Positions 12,963-24,956 of a DNA stretch of 64,000 bases are shown piece by piece. The position numbers were made by a program, and so were the translations under genes. The DNA lies in the NCBI GenBank assembly GCA_964016885.1, contig OZ024741.1, positions 284,704,001 to 284,768,000 on the forward strand, in the 5' to 3' direction. The stretch is from Eledone cirrhosa. Its lineage: Eukaryota. The number at the start of each line of letters is the position of its first letter. Position 1 is the stretch's first letter. The notes under the pieces are model-generated. The model made no database searches, was not told the DNA's origin, and saw only the letters and a list, made by a program, of their open reading frames with translations.

Positions 12963-13093
12963 TCATGACTGTTTTCCTTTTAATGTTTTATTGTTTTCTG
13001 AGATTTATCTTAACCGACAACATTTTCCACATATGGATTACATCGAATCTTCATGCAGAATAGACCCCACAACCTACTGTGGATACCTCTCTC

Positions 13094-13142
<49 letters not shown>

Positions 13143-13350
13143 AGATACAAAGCAGTCTGTTAGTTGATAAACCAAAGATGTGGGTTCGTGTCCCATTTAC
13201 GTCAATACTCATCCTTTTTTCTATTCAGAGGGTGTTTTAAAATCCCAACTAACAGACTGGTTCTATTTAGTCAGATACGGCGTAAGCACAAGTTACTACC
13301 TAATTTTCAAATTCCCTAGTCGCTTCTAAACAGAGCCTGCTTTATATACA

Positions 13351-14090
13351 CACGTGACATCGAGGTTAATCAGTGAGGAGTGGTTTGTTAAGACAGCAGC
13401 CGAACCATTACTATGAACTATAGTAGCAGTTTTGGCAAATTTTGGCTCAACAAAATAATTTGGAGATAATTATAAAGAATTAGTTGGAGTGAAATTTTAG
13501 TAAGTAAGTTAATTTTTATAATTTTCTTATTTTACGTCTTTCATATTATTGTTCTGCATCCCCATGCATTGAACCACAAAGTTACTAAGACAAAACCTAT
13601 ATATTTGCTGGCATAGGTATGCATCTGTATATATATGTTAGTAGATATACTAATTCTTTATAATTATCTCCAAATTATTTTGTTGAGCCAAAATTTGCCA
13701 AAACTGCTACTATAGTTCATAGTAATGGTTCGGCTGCTGTCCTCTTAACAAACCACTCCTCACTGATTAACCTCGATGTCACGTGATTGATTCTTTTGAA
13801 TTTGGCACCGACCGAGTAGGCAGTGATTTTTTCAACGTCTTGGAACTTAGTCCACGCTTTGCTTTTTTCCATCCACTGAATTATTTTTGTATAAGTTCCC
13901 TGTGTCCACGCATTGCCTGGAAACTTAGCTGAGAATAGACTTCCCTGATGACGAAAGGACTTCTCCGTGCGTTTCTTCAGAAACCATGTTTATTAGTTGG
14001 AGTGAAATTTTAGTAAGTAAGTTAATTTTTATTAGTTGGAGTGAAATTTTAGTAAGTAAGTTAATTTTTATAATTTTCTTATTTTACGTC

Positions 14091-14097
<7 letters not shown>
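13351..14097. repeat. Rearranged element: inverted repeat 13351-13484/13649-13785 plus triplicated terminal segment
   Basis: Arms are reverse complements; ttagttggagtgaaattttagtaagtaagttaatttttat occurs at ~13480, ~13993 and ~14032; ends at (TA)n. Confidence 0.85.
13940..13995 (+). ncRNA. Degenerate hammerhead motif
   Basis: CTGATGA 13945-13951, imperfect helix II (gaaaggac/gtttcttc), GAAAC-CAT-GTT; helix I 3' strand not evident. Confidence 0.45.
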
Positions 14098-14138
<41 letters not shown>

Positions 14139-14141
<3 letters not shown>

Positions 14142-14625
14142 AATGAATATATGATAGGATAAACACTGATACAAGTATACATGCATTTGTATTGCAAATG
14201 ACCAAGTTAGCTAGATTGAAAATACTAATTAAAATAATACGGTTTGCTTGTCTCGATTTAAAATATTAAATCAATAAAAAGAAACCTATATTGGCAATAG
14301 CCGTGATACCTGGACAAATTTTAACTTTCGATAATTGAAAAAGTGAAAAATTCCATCTTCTGTTCTCATCAGCAAGTACCCAGAAAAATTGGGTTTTGAA
14401 GTTCAAACTTATCTACGGAACAGGTTTGGATTTTGAAATTCAAATTTGTCCAAGTACCACGGCTATTGCCAATATGGGTTTGTTTTTATTGATGTATTAT
14501 TTTAAATCGAGACAAGCAAACTGTATTAATCTAATTAGTATTTTTCAATCTAGCTAACTTGGTCATTTACAATACAAACACTTATATGATTGTATTAGTG
14601 TTTATCATATATATTAATTTATATT
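14139..14625. repeat. Foldback element between two (TA)n runs (arms ~14139-14330 / 14434-14625)
   Basis: Diverged but clearly reverse-complementary arms; both outer ends abut (TA)n. Confidence 0.9.
14306..14379 (-). ncRNA. Hammerhead ribozyme-like motif
   Basis: Minus: gtacttg-CTGATGA-(helix II)-GAAA-gttaaaattt-GTC-caggtat; 7-bp helix I, irregular helix III. Confidence 0.6.
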
Positions 14626-14631
14626 AACTTG

Positions 14632-14662
<31 letters not shown>

Positions 14663-14669
14663 ATGTTTA

Positions 14670-14811
14670 AGACCCCGACAGCAGAGCTCAAGTCGTTTCG
14701 GCGGCTATTTCTGGACTAAATTAGATTTTTACTATTACCTACTCTACTACCCTAAGTATTGAGTACTCTGGTGCGCTATGGTCCACCTGGTTCCTTACCA
14801 CACTTCCTTCG

Positions 14812-14812
<1 letters not shown>
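14670..14812. mobile_element. (TA)n-flanked short repeat, same family as 39413-39608
   Basis: Shares gacccc..gcagagctcaag.cgtttcg.cggctatttctggact and cctaagtattgagtac...ggttccttaccaca.ttccttcgtta with the 39.4 kb copy. Confidence 0.8.
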
Positions 14813-14904
<92 letters not shown>

Positions 14905-15483
14905 CGTGTGTGTGTGCGTGTGGGTGTGTGGGTGTGTGTATGTGTGTCTGTGTGTGTATAGGTTACCAGGGTTGCATATGCAACACATCAATCAGTGAAT
15001 ACTGATCTATTCGATTTAAGAACTCAACGGCATATATAAAACGGTGTATATGTAGAATAAGGAAAATGCGAAGTTCGTTGTAGATGTTTAAAAACCCATT
15101 ATTAACAAAACTGTGATACATATTTCAATGCAATCGTGGCTACGTGATGGTTCAATCATGCAACTAGTCAGGCGATATCACTAAGCGTCTTATGTAATAA
15201 GGTTATGTTTCCAAGGCAATCCAATATAAAAACAAGAGAACGGACAGAAATGATGTTCTCATAGCTGAAGTACGTTCTCTCGCCTTGGATTGCCTCCGGA
15301 CCGAACTTATATACATATAATTATATCTTTAGATGTCGGTGCTGACACCGAGGAGACCACTAATCATGTGAGTACCTGATACATGGGAAGATGTAGAGTG
15401 GGTATAGAAATTCATAAACTCTTGACAACGGCGCCAAGTGGTTTCGGCCGAAAGCGTTTGGCGCCGTGGTCAGGATTTTACAA

Positions 15484-15571
<88 letters not shown>

Positions 15572-16513
15572 AAAATGTTGTTTTTAAAACATTAGATTTT
15601 AGACAGTTCATATGAATTTTAGGTTTGTATATTTACGTTTCATATTATTTCTTTTTAAATATCAGATATTATTAAGTTTATCAATGGATTGGCTCGTTCA
15701 AACAATTTGATTCATATATATTGAAGGCATTGCATGCTAGAAGCGTTGTTCTTTAATAATGTTAGTTTTTATAGAGACGATGGATTAATTTTTAGTCAAT
15801 AAAAGTTTCTCTATAACTCTTATGGAACATTGGAAAATTGTCAGTATCTATCAGGAAACTTTGAATTTGAAAAATAAAATCCTTATATAAATCGTTTATG
15901 AAATATACGCATGAACATATGTAAATGTTTCGCCGATCAGTATTCCTGGTGCTCAATGGATAAGACAGCCTACGCAGCACCTCCTAATATTCCCCTGATG
16001 GAACACCCATACAGAACATTGGACTTGGCAGAGTTTAATGAGAAAGGACAGCAATGTCCTCAGCTGTGGCGGAACAACATCTAGCCAAGCTTTGTAACTG
16101 ACACTCTTGTGGACACGACAAGAAGAAGAATGTGTAAGCGACTGAATGATCCACTGATGCATACACCCTTAATGTAATTTCCAGGGAGATTCAGCATAAG
16201 GAAATGTGTGTCAAGTCAGAAGATTTTAAATACAGATACAGTCAATCCAACTTCCAAACAGTTTCCTATCTATCCAATGTCACTAATACACATACATGCA
16301 TATATATACACGCACACACGGGCGTACACACACACACACACACTATCTCTATCTATCACACACATACACAAACTCTCTCTCACACACACACACACACTCT
16401 CTCTCTCTCTCTCTCACACGCACACAAATATATATGGCTGTGTGCACACATGTATTATTATATACATACACGCAAAACACAAAATTGTATATATTAATAC
16501 GAGATAGCTAGGC

Positions 16514-16567
<54 letters not shown>

Positions 16568-16826
16568 ACACACACACACATACACACACACACACACATA
16601 CACATATATATATATATTTACTGAGATATGTTGATGAGATATTAATCATGGTTGGACTAGAGTGCCATCTCATCTCTCAAACATGCTATAATGGCTTGAT
16701 TATGAAGTAAACATCATTGACTGTCACGTTTCTCTAATCAGTCCGAGACATTTAATGTTTAGCGAGTTCTACTATTATTTCCTAAGATGGATGTATTTCA
16801 CCAAGTGTAAATTTTAACTCCCTCCT

Positions 16827-16904
<78 letters not shown>

Positions 16905-16909
<5 letters not shown>

Positions 16910-17090
16910 TATTAAAAAAATAATGAATAAACAAAGAAACAGTTCCTTATATTAAACAAAAAAAGTTCATTATTTTACGATCGTTTCTAGGACATATATG
17001 TGTTAGAATTGGTATGCATATTCAAAAGATCTATGTACAAAATTATACAAACTATCAGTAACGCAGTATTCTTCTTTCTTCTCATGTTTT

Positions 17091-17188
<98 letters not shown>

Positions 17189-17915
17189 ATATATATAAAT
17201 ATGTATATATATAAATATGTATATGTATATAATATATATATATATAATATATATATATATATAAAAACATGAGAAGAAAGAAGAATACTGCGTTGTTGCA
17301 CATGGGTTACATATGATAAAAATAGTCCTTCGTCAGTGATTTTCCAACCTTCATTAGTATTTCATCGCATTAAAAATCATATACCTCAGGTTGGTGCGAG
17401 CAATAAGTAAATAAAGCTATAGGGACAAGTAAATCGCGTAAAGCGAGTGGGACAAGTAAACAACATAGAAGGAATAAACAGGCAACATGGTTATCCGGTC
17501 AGCATAAGCTGGGTGGATTTCATGAGCGATCGGGATACAGACCGTCCGGTGTGAGTGAGATGTGAGCAAGAAGAGAACCCACTACAAGCCAAACGGGAGG
17601 AAGTGAGAAGGGGAGAAACAGCGAGTGAGTGAGTGGAAGTGTGAGGAAGAGGTCAGTCGAGAGAAAGTGTAACTGACAGAGGAGGCGAAAGAAGGTGAGA
17701 GAAACAGAGAGAGCGGGGAAGCAGTAAGAGAGAAACAGACAAACGCAGCCGAGGTAAATATATATAAAAAACATGAGAAGAAAGAAGAATACTGCGTGGT
17801 TGCACATGGGTTACATATGATAAAAATAGTCCTTCGTCAGTGATTTTCCAACCTTCATTGGTATTTCATATACCTCATTAAAAATCATATACCTCAGGTT
17901 GGTGCGAGCAATAGC
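16905..17915 (-). mobile_element. PLE 3'-end cluster with partial tandem (pLTR-like) repeats
   Basis: Direct repeat ~17263-17405 / ~17767-17913, short inverted copy 17062-17090; minus-strand SLTPDGLY resembles the GIY-YIG terminal L.P.GLN motif; CTGACGAaggac HHR 5' half. Confidence 0.6.
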
Positions 17916-18489
17916 TAAATAATATATATATATATATAAATGTCTTATTAAGAATTATGCCAGTTTTAAACCAGTAAGACCATTATTCAGCTGAGTTCTC
18001 GATACTTGGGATAGTAGAGTGTGAATATATTAGACAGTCGGGGCTGAACGGCTGAGCTCTTGGCGTTTTGACTGCTAGAATTATCTGTTGAAACAGGAAG
18101 GGCTCAGCTATCTGGCTCTGACTCTCTGTAATATCTCTCTCTCTCTAATTTCTCTCTCTTTATCTTTATTTCTCTATCTATTTCTCCCTGTCGCTCTCTC
18201 TATATATTGGGTCGTCAAGTATGAAATTTGTAGAAATTTGTTTTTGTTTCCCGAAATTTCTACAAATTTCATACTTGTCGACCCACTATCTATGTGTGTG
18301 TGTTTGTGCGTTAGTGTGAGTGTGTGTATATATGTGTATGTGTGTGTGTGTGTATATATGCTCCATAGGTATTTGCATATATGACTCTCATAGTTAAGGA
18401 ACAGTCTACCTAGACGTAAATCATCACATCATCATACAAACAAATATCTAAGAAACAGGTAAACAACGTTCGCAATTTGATAAACCATA

Positions 18490-18670
18490 TTGTTTCAACT
18501 TTAGGCACAAGGCCAGGAATTTGAAGGGGAGGGGAAAGCAAATTAAATCGACTCCAGTGTATTACTGGTGCTTTATTTTATCGACCGTGTAAGGATGAAA
18601 GGCAAAGCTAACTTTGGCGGGATTTGAACTCAGAACGTAAAGGGCTGTAACTCTATGCTACGAAGCATGT
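18490..18670 (-). mobile_element. tRNA-derived SINE (family A)
   Basis: Minus-strand B-box gagttcaaatccc plus cctttcatcc...gtcgataaaataaag.accag domain; further copies at ~31660-31835, 37830-37920, 44385-44465, 45770-45965, 46120-46250, 47750-47955, 48560-48690 and 48820-48930. Confidence 0.85.
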
Positions 18671-18759
18671 TTTCCGACGAATGTGATAAACAATATTTAC
18701 CAGCTTGTTCCGTATGCTGTGTTGAGTTCAACCGCTCCTTCAGTAGTCGTTCCTGTGCT

Positions 18760-19100
18760 CGGTGTCACATAGAAATTCTTTAGTTGTCTTGGAGAAACCT
18801 CTGTAACACCTAATCACACCTGAAACAAAGAATCACGTCGAATTCAGCTAAGCTATTGCTTGGGTCCCGTGCGACCCGTCCACAACATAAATCAAACTCG
18901 CATCTCAAAACCACATTATGGCACAAGAATTTAATTTCAACTGAACCCGCTCTCTTTAACATCTCACAAAACACATAAAACAGGAACAGATCCCCATAAA
19001 ATTCAAAAGGCTTTTGGACAAATTCCTCCAAGAAATCCCGGATAAACCCCCTACTCCCAAATATTACTCCGAAAACATTAACTCTTTACTTGAGTGTGCC
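18760..19100 (+). mobile_element. CR1-group LINE 3' fragment
   Basis: Translation KFKRLLDKFLQEIPDKPPTPKYYSENINSLLE, typical of CR1-type ORF2 C-termini. Confidence 0.7.
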
Positions 19101-19364
19101 ATGCTGTCCAAATCATGATTTGAAAGACTTAGCCAGATTGTGTTATCAAGTTAGATATGGCCTGGGCCAAAACTGACAGAAACTTATCAACGTTATCAAA
19201 GTTATTAAGTAAGAGTATTTTTCTAGGTGTAGAAATTACGTAATCCCCTTTTTTATTTATTTAGTCATAATACATCTAAGATTATTCTATTTTAAAATGG
19301 TACGGTGTGATTTTAAAAAGACTTAGCTACAATTTCTAATAGGCTGAACCACAACACCACTCCG

Positions 19365-19625
19365 TCGATTATGACGAGTGTTCCAATTGATTCGACCAAC
19401 GGAATACCCTGCTCGGGAAATAACGTGCAGGTGGGCAAGCATTCTATATACACGTATACTCTTAACGTAATTTTCAGGGAGATTCAACGTGACAAAGCTG
19501 GTCCTTCGAATTGCAGGTACAACTCATTTTTGTAAGCTGAGTGGGCTGGAGCAACATGAAATAAAGGGTTTTATTCACCTTACGATCGTGAGCCAAATGC
19601 CCCAACCACTAAGCCACGCAGGTTT
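19365..19625 (-). mobile_element. SINE (family B)
   Basis: gagtgttcca.ttga...gggagattcaacgtgaca...ctggagcaacatgaaataaag; further copies at ~35320-35625, 41245-41400, 46600-46775 (opposite strand) and 47160-47330. Confidence 0.8.
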
Positions 19626-20294
19626 ACACATGTAATAATCTACTGTGGTGTAAAGCGCATTCGCACGGGTTCTGGAAGGATGTAAAACAGTCGCGTTGAA
19701 CCTCAGTATTTTTCTCATACCAACAAGTTAAGACGCAGCACACTGTAATACGGAATTGTAGTTTCAGTATAACGCATAATGTAGTCTGAGCAAGAAATTC
19801 AACAGCTGAATGAATGTGTAGCTATGCTTAAAGGACTGTCGAAGAGATAATTGACGAGGCGGAATAAGAGAAGAGAGAGAAAGTGGGGTGTTCAAAGAAG
19901 GTGGGGAGAAAAGTGGAGAGAGAATGACAGTGAGAGGGAGAGAAAACGCCGGAGCGACGGAGGGAAAAGGGAGAGAAAGTTAGCTGAATATTCGAATAAA
20001 TGGGAAATTCAGTGAATTATGAAAGAGAGAAAGAATAAGATAATCGAATGAATGCGTAAACAAAGAAAATAACCGATGGACGAGCGAATAACTGACGGAC
20101 AAATTTATGAATAAATTGAAGAATATACGATCGTATTTTTTATACAAAGAAAGATTGAGTAATTGACGGAATGAAATACATATAAATATATGGCAGAGTT
20201 ATTTCTTGTATTTAAACCATATAATGTTTGCAATAAAAAAATTGAATAATTTAACTACGGGGAAGTCAGACACTAAAACATAGTCTAGTCAGTA

Positions 20295-20680
20295 TATTTC
20301 AGCTGCGCCAGCAGACAAAATAGCGAAAGCATTGCCACGAAGAACTCTCTGCATCAGCCATTCCACATCATGGGGTTCGCTCCTCAGGCGGGATACATTC
20401 CTCCCAATTTTGCGGAGGAAAACGGCAGTTGGGGACCGAGAACTCCAGATGCCCCGATGGAGACCGGCACGAAAAGAAAGCTATCGGTCAAGCCGTGGTT
20501 TCTGGATAACTTCCATACCTCTGCATTGCGGATAACAGTTTTCAGGTTTGTGGTCGAAGCAACAGGGTTGTAGGCGGAGAGCATGTCGTTTCACGTAGCG
20601 TCATAGATTAGTGATTTACCTGCCATGTTCTGGTAAAGTTTATCCTGTCTGAGGATAAGCATGATACAAAAGGCGTCACG
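20295..20680 (-). mobile_element. CRE-like non-LTR retrotransposon remnant (restriction-like endonuclease domain)
   Basis: Minus translation GKSLIYDAT*..AE..K..FLFVPVSIGASGVLGP / WLMQRVLRGNAFAIL matches the RLE pattern (WDAT..AE..K..F.P...E..G..G..QR...RGNA). Confidence 0.75.
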
Positions 20681-21232
20681 TAAAAAGTAAGTCACATACA
20701 CTGGTACAATGTAACTATTTTCTTTGCTATTACATCAACATGTGTTAGACACAACACACCGAAAATAAATCCATTAGTTCCACTCTTCTATAATTTGGTG
20801 CGAGTTAAATATCTTAATGATTTTAAGCAGTACATGTAATGCTCATGCTTGCGCATCATTTAAAATATTTCAATTCTGAATACGGTCAGTTATTTCTCTC
20901 TATATAACAATATGCCTCTACCGCACTTCTTCCCTACCACTGCTTATACTAATAGGCTTTTTTATGCTTATGTAAATCACTTGCTTCATATTTTCTATTT
21001 TTCTCTTCGCCTTTTGTAAGCTTTCTTATACCATTGTATATTTTTTACTTATATTCTACCGTTTCTCTTGACATAATGCGGATCTTTGTCAGAAAACCAT
21101 TTAAATAATTGATTGTAAATGTTGGATTGATTGATTATATGTGCTGGCACCATACGTATCTATATAGAAACAGTTGTTGAGATTAATGATGGAATTGGAA
21201 TAACAAATTTGGTTTTCATTTTGTATTAAGTA

Positions 21233-21976
21233 TTAGGTTGTTCCGAAAATAATGGCCGATTTCAGAAACATAATTTTATTCTGGAAAAATTAACAACAGA
21301 AATGTTTTGATTAGTTAAAGTATGAGCCGTGAACATCTCTGCCTATTGACTATTCGGTCAAGAAAAGGATCATTGGTGTTTCGCAGAAAGAGCATCGAAC
21401 ACATTTCAAAACGCCGAACTTTTTATTTTCATTGAGTTCATGTGGTACCCATTTATCAAGCTTTTTCACCTCACCAATCTTCTGCAGATGGCGTGAGACC
21501 ATTGCAATACCGACTCCAAGTGCCTGAGACATTTCTCTGACACTTTGACGTGGGTTTTGTTCAACAATTACTTTCAATTGTTCATTGTCAAGACTGCATG
21601 ACCATCCTCTACCTTCTTCATCTTCAAGGCTCTCATCACCACTACGGAATTTCTGAAACCACCTTCGTACTGTGCGATGACTTGTGGAACCCTTTCTCCA
21701 TGCTCTGTTGATATTGGCAGCTGTTTGGGAGGCATTGCGCCCAAGCTTGAACTCATGCAAGAAAAGTAAGCGAAGGTCCTTTTTTGTCATGTTCATAATT
21801 AAGGGCACCTATGCTTCAATAATGTTTTCTGTCTGAAATAAGTTGAAAATTATTAAAGAGCATACATCAATTATTAAGTATGTAGAAATTCACCTAAAAT
21901 ATAATTAAAATACTGTGATAAAATTGCGTTTCAAAACACAACACTTAGAGCGGCCATTATTTTCGGAACAACCTAA
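21233..21976 (-). mobile_element. Internally deleted mariner element
   Basis: 26-bp TIRs ttaggttgttccgaaaataatggccg at both ends with TA duplications; 744 bp long. Confidence 0.95.
21350..21808 (-). pseudogene. Mariner transposase N-terminal (HTH) fragment
   Basis: TVRRWFQKFRSGDESLED and WVPHEL motifs; catalytic domain deleted. Confidence 0.9.
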
Positions 21977-22314
21977 TATTTATGTTCTGTGAATTTCACT
22001 GTCTTTAACTACAAGTGTCTTAACCCATCGGGTTGCACTTTTGATATTTCTTGGATGCCTACATTCTGTCGAGTCTAATAGCGCATTGAACTTTACGCAC
22101 CTTACCAAAGTAAGTGCGGATTATTCTACTATACACACACGTGCGCATGCACACACACGTGTACACACACACGCGCGCACGCACACGCACACACACATAT
22201 ATATGTATCATACACACTTATATATACATAATATACGTATATATATAAGTGTGTGTGTGTGTGGTGGTGGTGGTGGTGGTGGTGGGGGGTGTATGTGCGT
22301 CTATATATACAAAG

Positions 22315-24712
22315 ATATGTTACTTTATTAGCCACAGGTGCACAAAAGAAGGGGACAAATACAAAGGGGGAAGTTTACATATAATAAAAACGTGTAAAAT
22401 ATTATCACATATGCAATTTAAAAATTAGTCGATTTTCCCCAATAGGGGGAGACAGTTCATATGGGTAACACATACCCCCGAAAAAATGTGCAACCTTCAT
22501 CTCCAGGAGTACGAAGAGTTTGTACTCCTTTCCTCTCCTCCTCCTTTTCCTCAACCTACAGGCTGATATAGAAAGAAGGCCCATTCACTCGGGCCATTCT
22601 CGCCACTTTCACCCACCTTTCATAAAACTTGCTGGGGTACAGCACCTCTCTCTCCATCCTGATTCTTTTTCCAAAGTGGTATTTGAAAAAAAGAATCAGT
22701 TGTTGGCCGGAGAGAAAGGTGTCTGACCTCAGCCCTTTCAACCTTGACCACCATACAACCTCTTTCGCCATAGCTATCACACAAAGGAAAACCGCCTCTC
22801 CTTCATTTTTGAAGGAGGGTGGCGGTTTGATCATGAGATTGGACTCGGTGGTCAACCGGATTGGTCCCACCCGCGACAATAGTCGTTCTACATAGCCCCA
22901 CAGGTCGGTGACGCCCGTGCAGTGTATGAATGCGTGCGCGACGGTTTCTTCGTCTCGCACGCACCTCGGACAGATCTTTTTTGCAGGGTCGCTGCCCGGG
23001 CGCCCATGTATGTAGAGCTTGGCTCCAACTGGGAGAGTTCCTCGGTAGAACTGCCAGGCCAGGGACATTTGGAAGTTGTCCATCGGTCCCGAGCGGAAGG
23101 TCCTACCGAACAGACTGGCCAGTTCGTCTTCCTCTACGCCCAGAGTTTCACCGAGCACGTCGTCGCACTAGCTGCGGATCAACCCTCTATAGAATGACGA
23201 AGTGGAGTCTCCACTGATCGCCGGGTCCGCTTGCCAGAGGGCTATGAGCGCCTGAGCACATTCGATGTGCCAGTCGCCCATTTTCCTCGGTCTTTGCTTG
23301 ACCCAGGACTGCAGCTCGGTCAGCGAGACGAGTCGTGGGAAAGATCGCCTGACAAACGGGGCCCATACCGGTTGTCCGGTGAGGAATACGTAGAGATGCC
23401 GCAGCCTAAGCGCGTTTGCGCATCGTTAGCCACGGCATTCCCAGCCCTCCGTTGGAAGGGCGTTGGCAGCAGATGGATCTTCTCACCAAAGGAGCCCGCC
23501 TCTTCCAAAGGAATTGGAAGAGCGCGCGGTCCATTTTGGCGAGCGTTTTGGCTGGACAAGGCACGACGGTCAAGCGGTAGTAGATGGCGGACGCTATAAA
23601 AGTGTTCGCTACCTCCGCTCGACCTTTCAAGGATAGTTTGCACTCGGCCCACTTCTGGGTGAGTGCAAACACCTTGGCCGACACCTCGTTCCAGTTCTTC
23701 TCCACCTGGAGGTCCGGACCAATCCAGACGCCGAGCAGCTTTACTGGTCCTTCCGTCCAGCGTCCGACGACGCCATCGGAAGGCATCGGTCTGCCTCTCC
23801 ACGATCCGAGTTGCAAACCGATGGACTTGTCCCGGTTCAGCTTCGCTCCTGTGAACCTTTCATATTCCTTCAGTAATTTGCGAGGCGCTCGACACCATTA
23901 CTGCCACGTCCTCGGCGTAGGCCGACGCCGCTTTCCGCAGTCCCGGTTCCAGAGGGATGCCCTGCAATAGCTCCAACTTCCGAAGGAGTGGCTCGAGAGT
24001 CAATACGTACAGAAGGGAGGAGAGAGGGCATCCCTGTCGAATGGATCGCGTGATATGGAACGGCTCCGAGAGGTAGCCGTTCACCTTAACCCTCCCTTGA
24101 GCAGATGTTGCTGTTATGCATTGCAGCAAACCAGCCCCTAAACACGAGTCCGAAGCCTGCGCCTCGAGCACCGCATCCAGGTAACGATGGTCAACCCTAT
24201 CGAAAGCCTTAGACTGATCCAAGTTGATCAGGGCCCCACCGAAGCCGGGTTTACACCCTACCCTCTCTATGATGTATCGCATGAGGTGGAGGTTGTCGTA
24301 TATGGACCTGGTCGGGATTGTGCATGTCTGCGCTTCTCCCACCAGGTTCTCGATAACAAGCGCCAGCCTCTTTGCCAACACCTTGGCCAAAATCTGTAAC
24401 TCTGTGTTTAGCAGAGTTATGGGCCGGAAGTTGCCTATGTCATCCCCTTTATTCTCGTCCTTCCTGACTAGTGTGACTACGCCCCCGGTCACAGAACTGG
24501 GAATTCTCCCGTTCTGTTGCCAGTTGCAGTAGACCGCTTCCAGGAGACCGGAGAATAAGTCCGGCATTGCTACGTAAAATTCGTAGGGTAGACCGTCGAG
24601 ACCTGGAGATTTGCGTTTGCCGCATTGGCTCAACGCGTCCCCTATCTCAGCGGCTGAAATCGGCTTTTCGCAGAACTTTGCCTCGCTGTCCGAGAGTCGC
24701 GGTAGGCCGTGG
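22315..24712 (-). mobile_element. Tx1/L1-clade LINE copy A (5'-truncated ORF2)
   Basis: KSPGLDGLPYEFY, NFRPITLLN, LDQSKAFDRVDH, RQGCPLS, AYAEDV, GGLGMP, CPRC..ET..H...HC; frameshifted; AATAAA near the 3' end. Confidence 0.92.
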
Positions 24713-24956
24713 AGATATATAGATAGATAGGTATATTTCTTTATTTGCCACAAAGGCGCACAAGAAAAGGGGACAATACAAAGACATGCCGAGGATTTTA
24801 CATACATTCGTGTAAAAAATATAAAACAATTACAACAATCGAAATCCCCAATAGAAGAATAGGACGGATGCACCACAAATGGGTTGTTCGATAGAACAAC
24901 CGGCAAGGAGCGTATTGTGCAAGTGCTCCTTTCTTCCTTTTGCTTTCTTCTTCAAC

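Noticed and set aside
14139-14625. Foldbacks as ordinary MITEs
   Set aside because: Arms are asymmetric in extent across examples, families share no TIR ends, several contain HHR motifs, and one large example contains PLE RT; not fully excluded for the HHR-less cases.
15930-16140. Possible LINE 3' remnant ending ggacacgac(aag)n
   Set aside because: Too decayed to assign from translation.
18610-18640. tRNA genes at B-box motifs
   Set aside because: The B-boxes belong to SINE heads; no cloverleaf can be formed.
21350-21808. SETMAR-like host gene
   Set aside because: Lies between TIRs with TA duplications; no SET domain; catalytic domain deleted.
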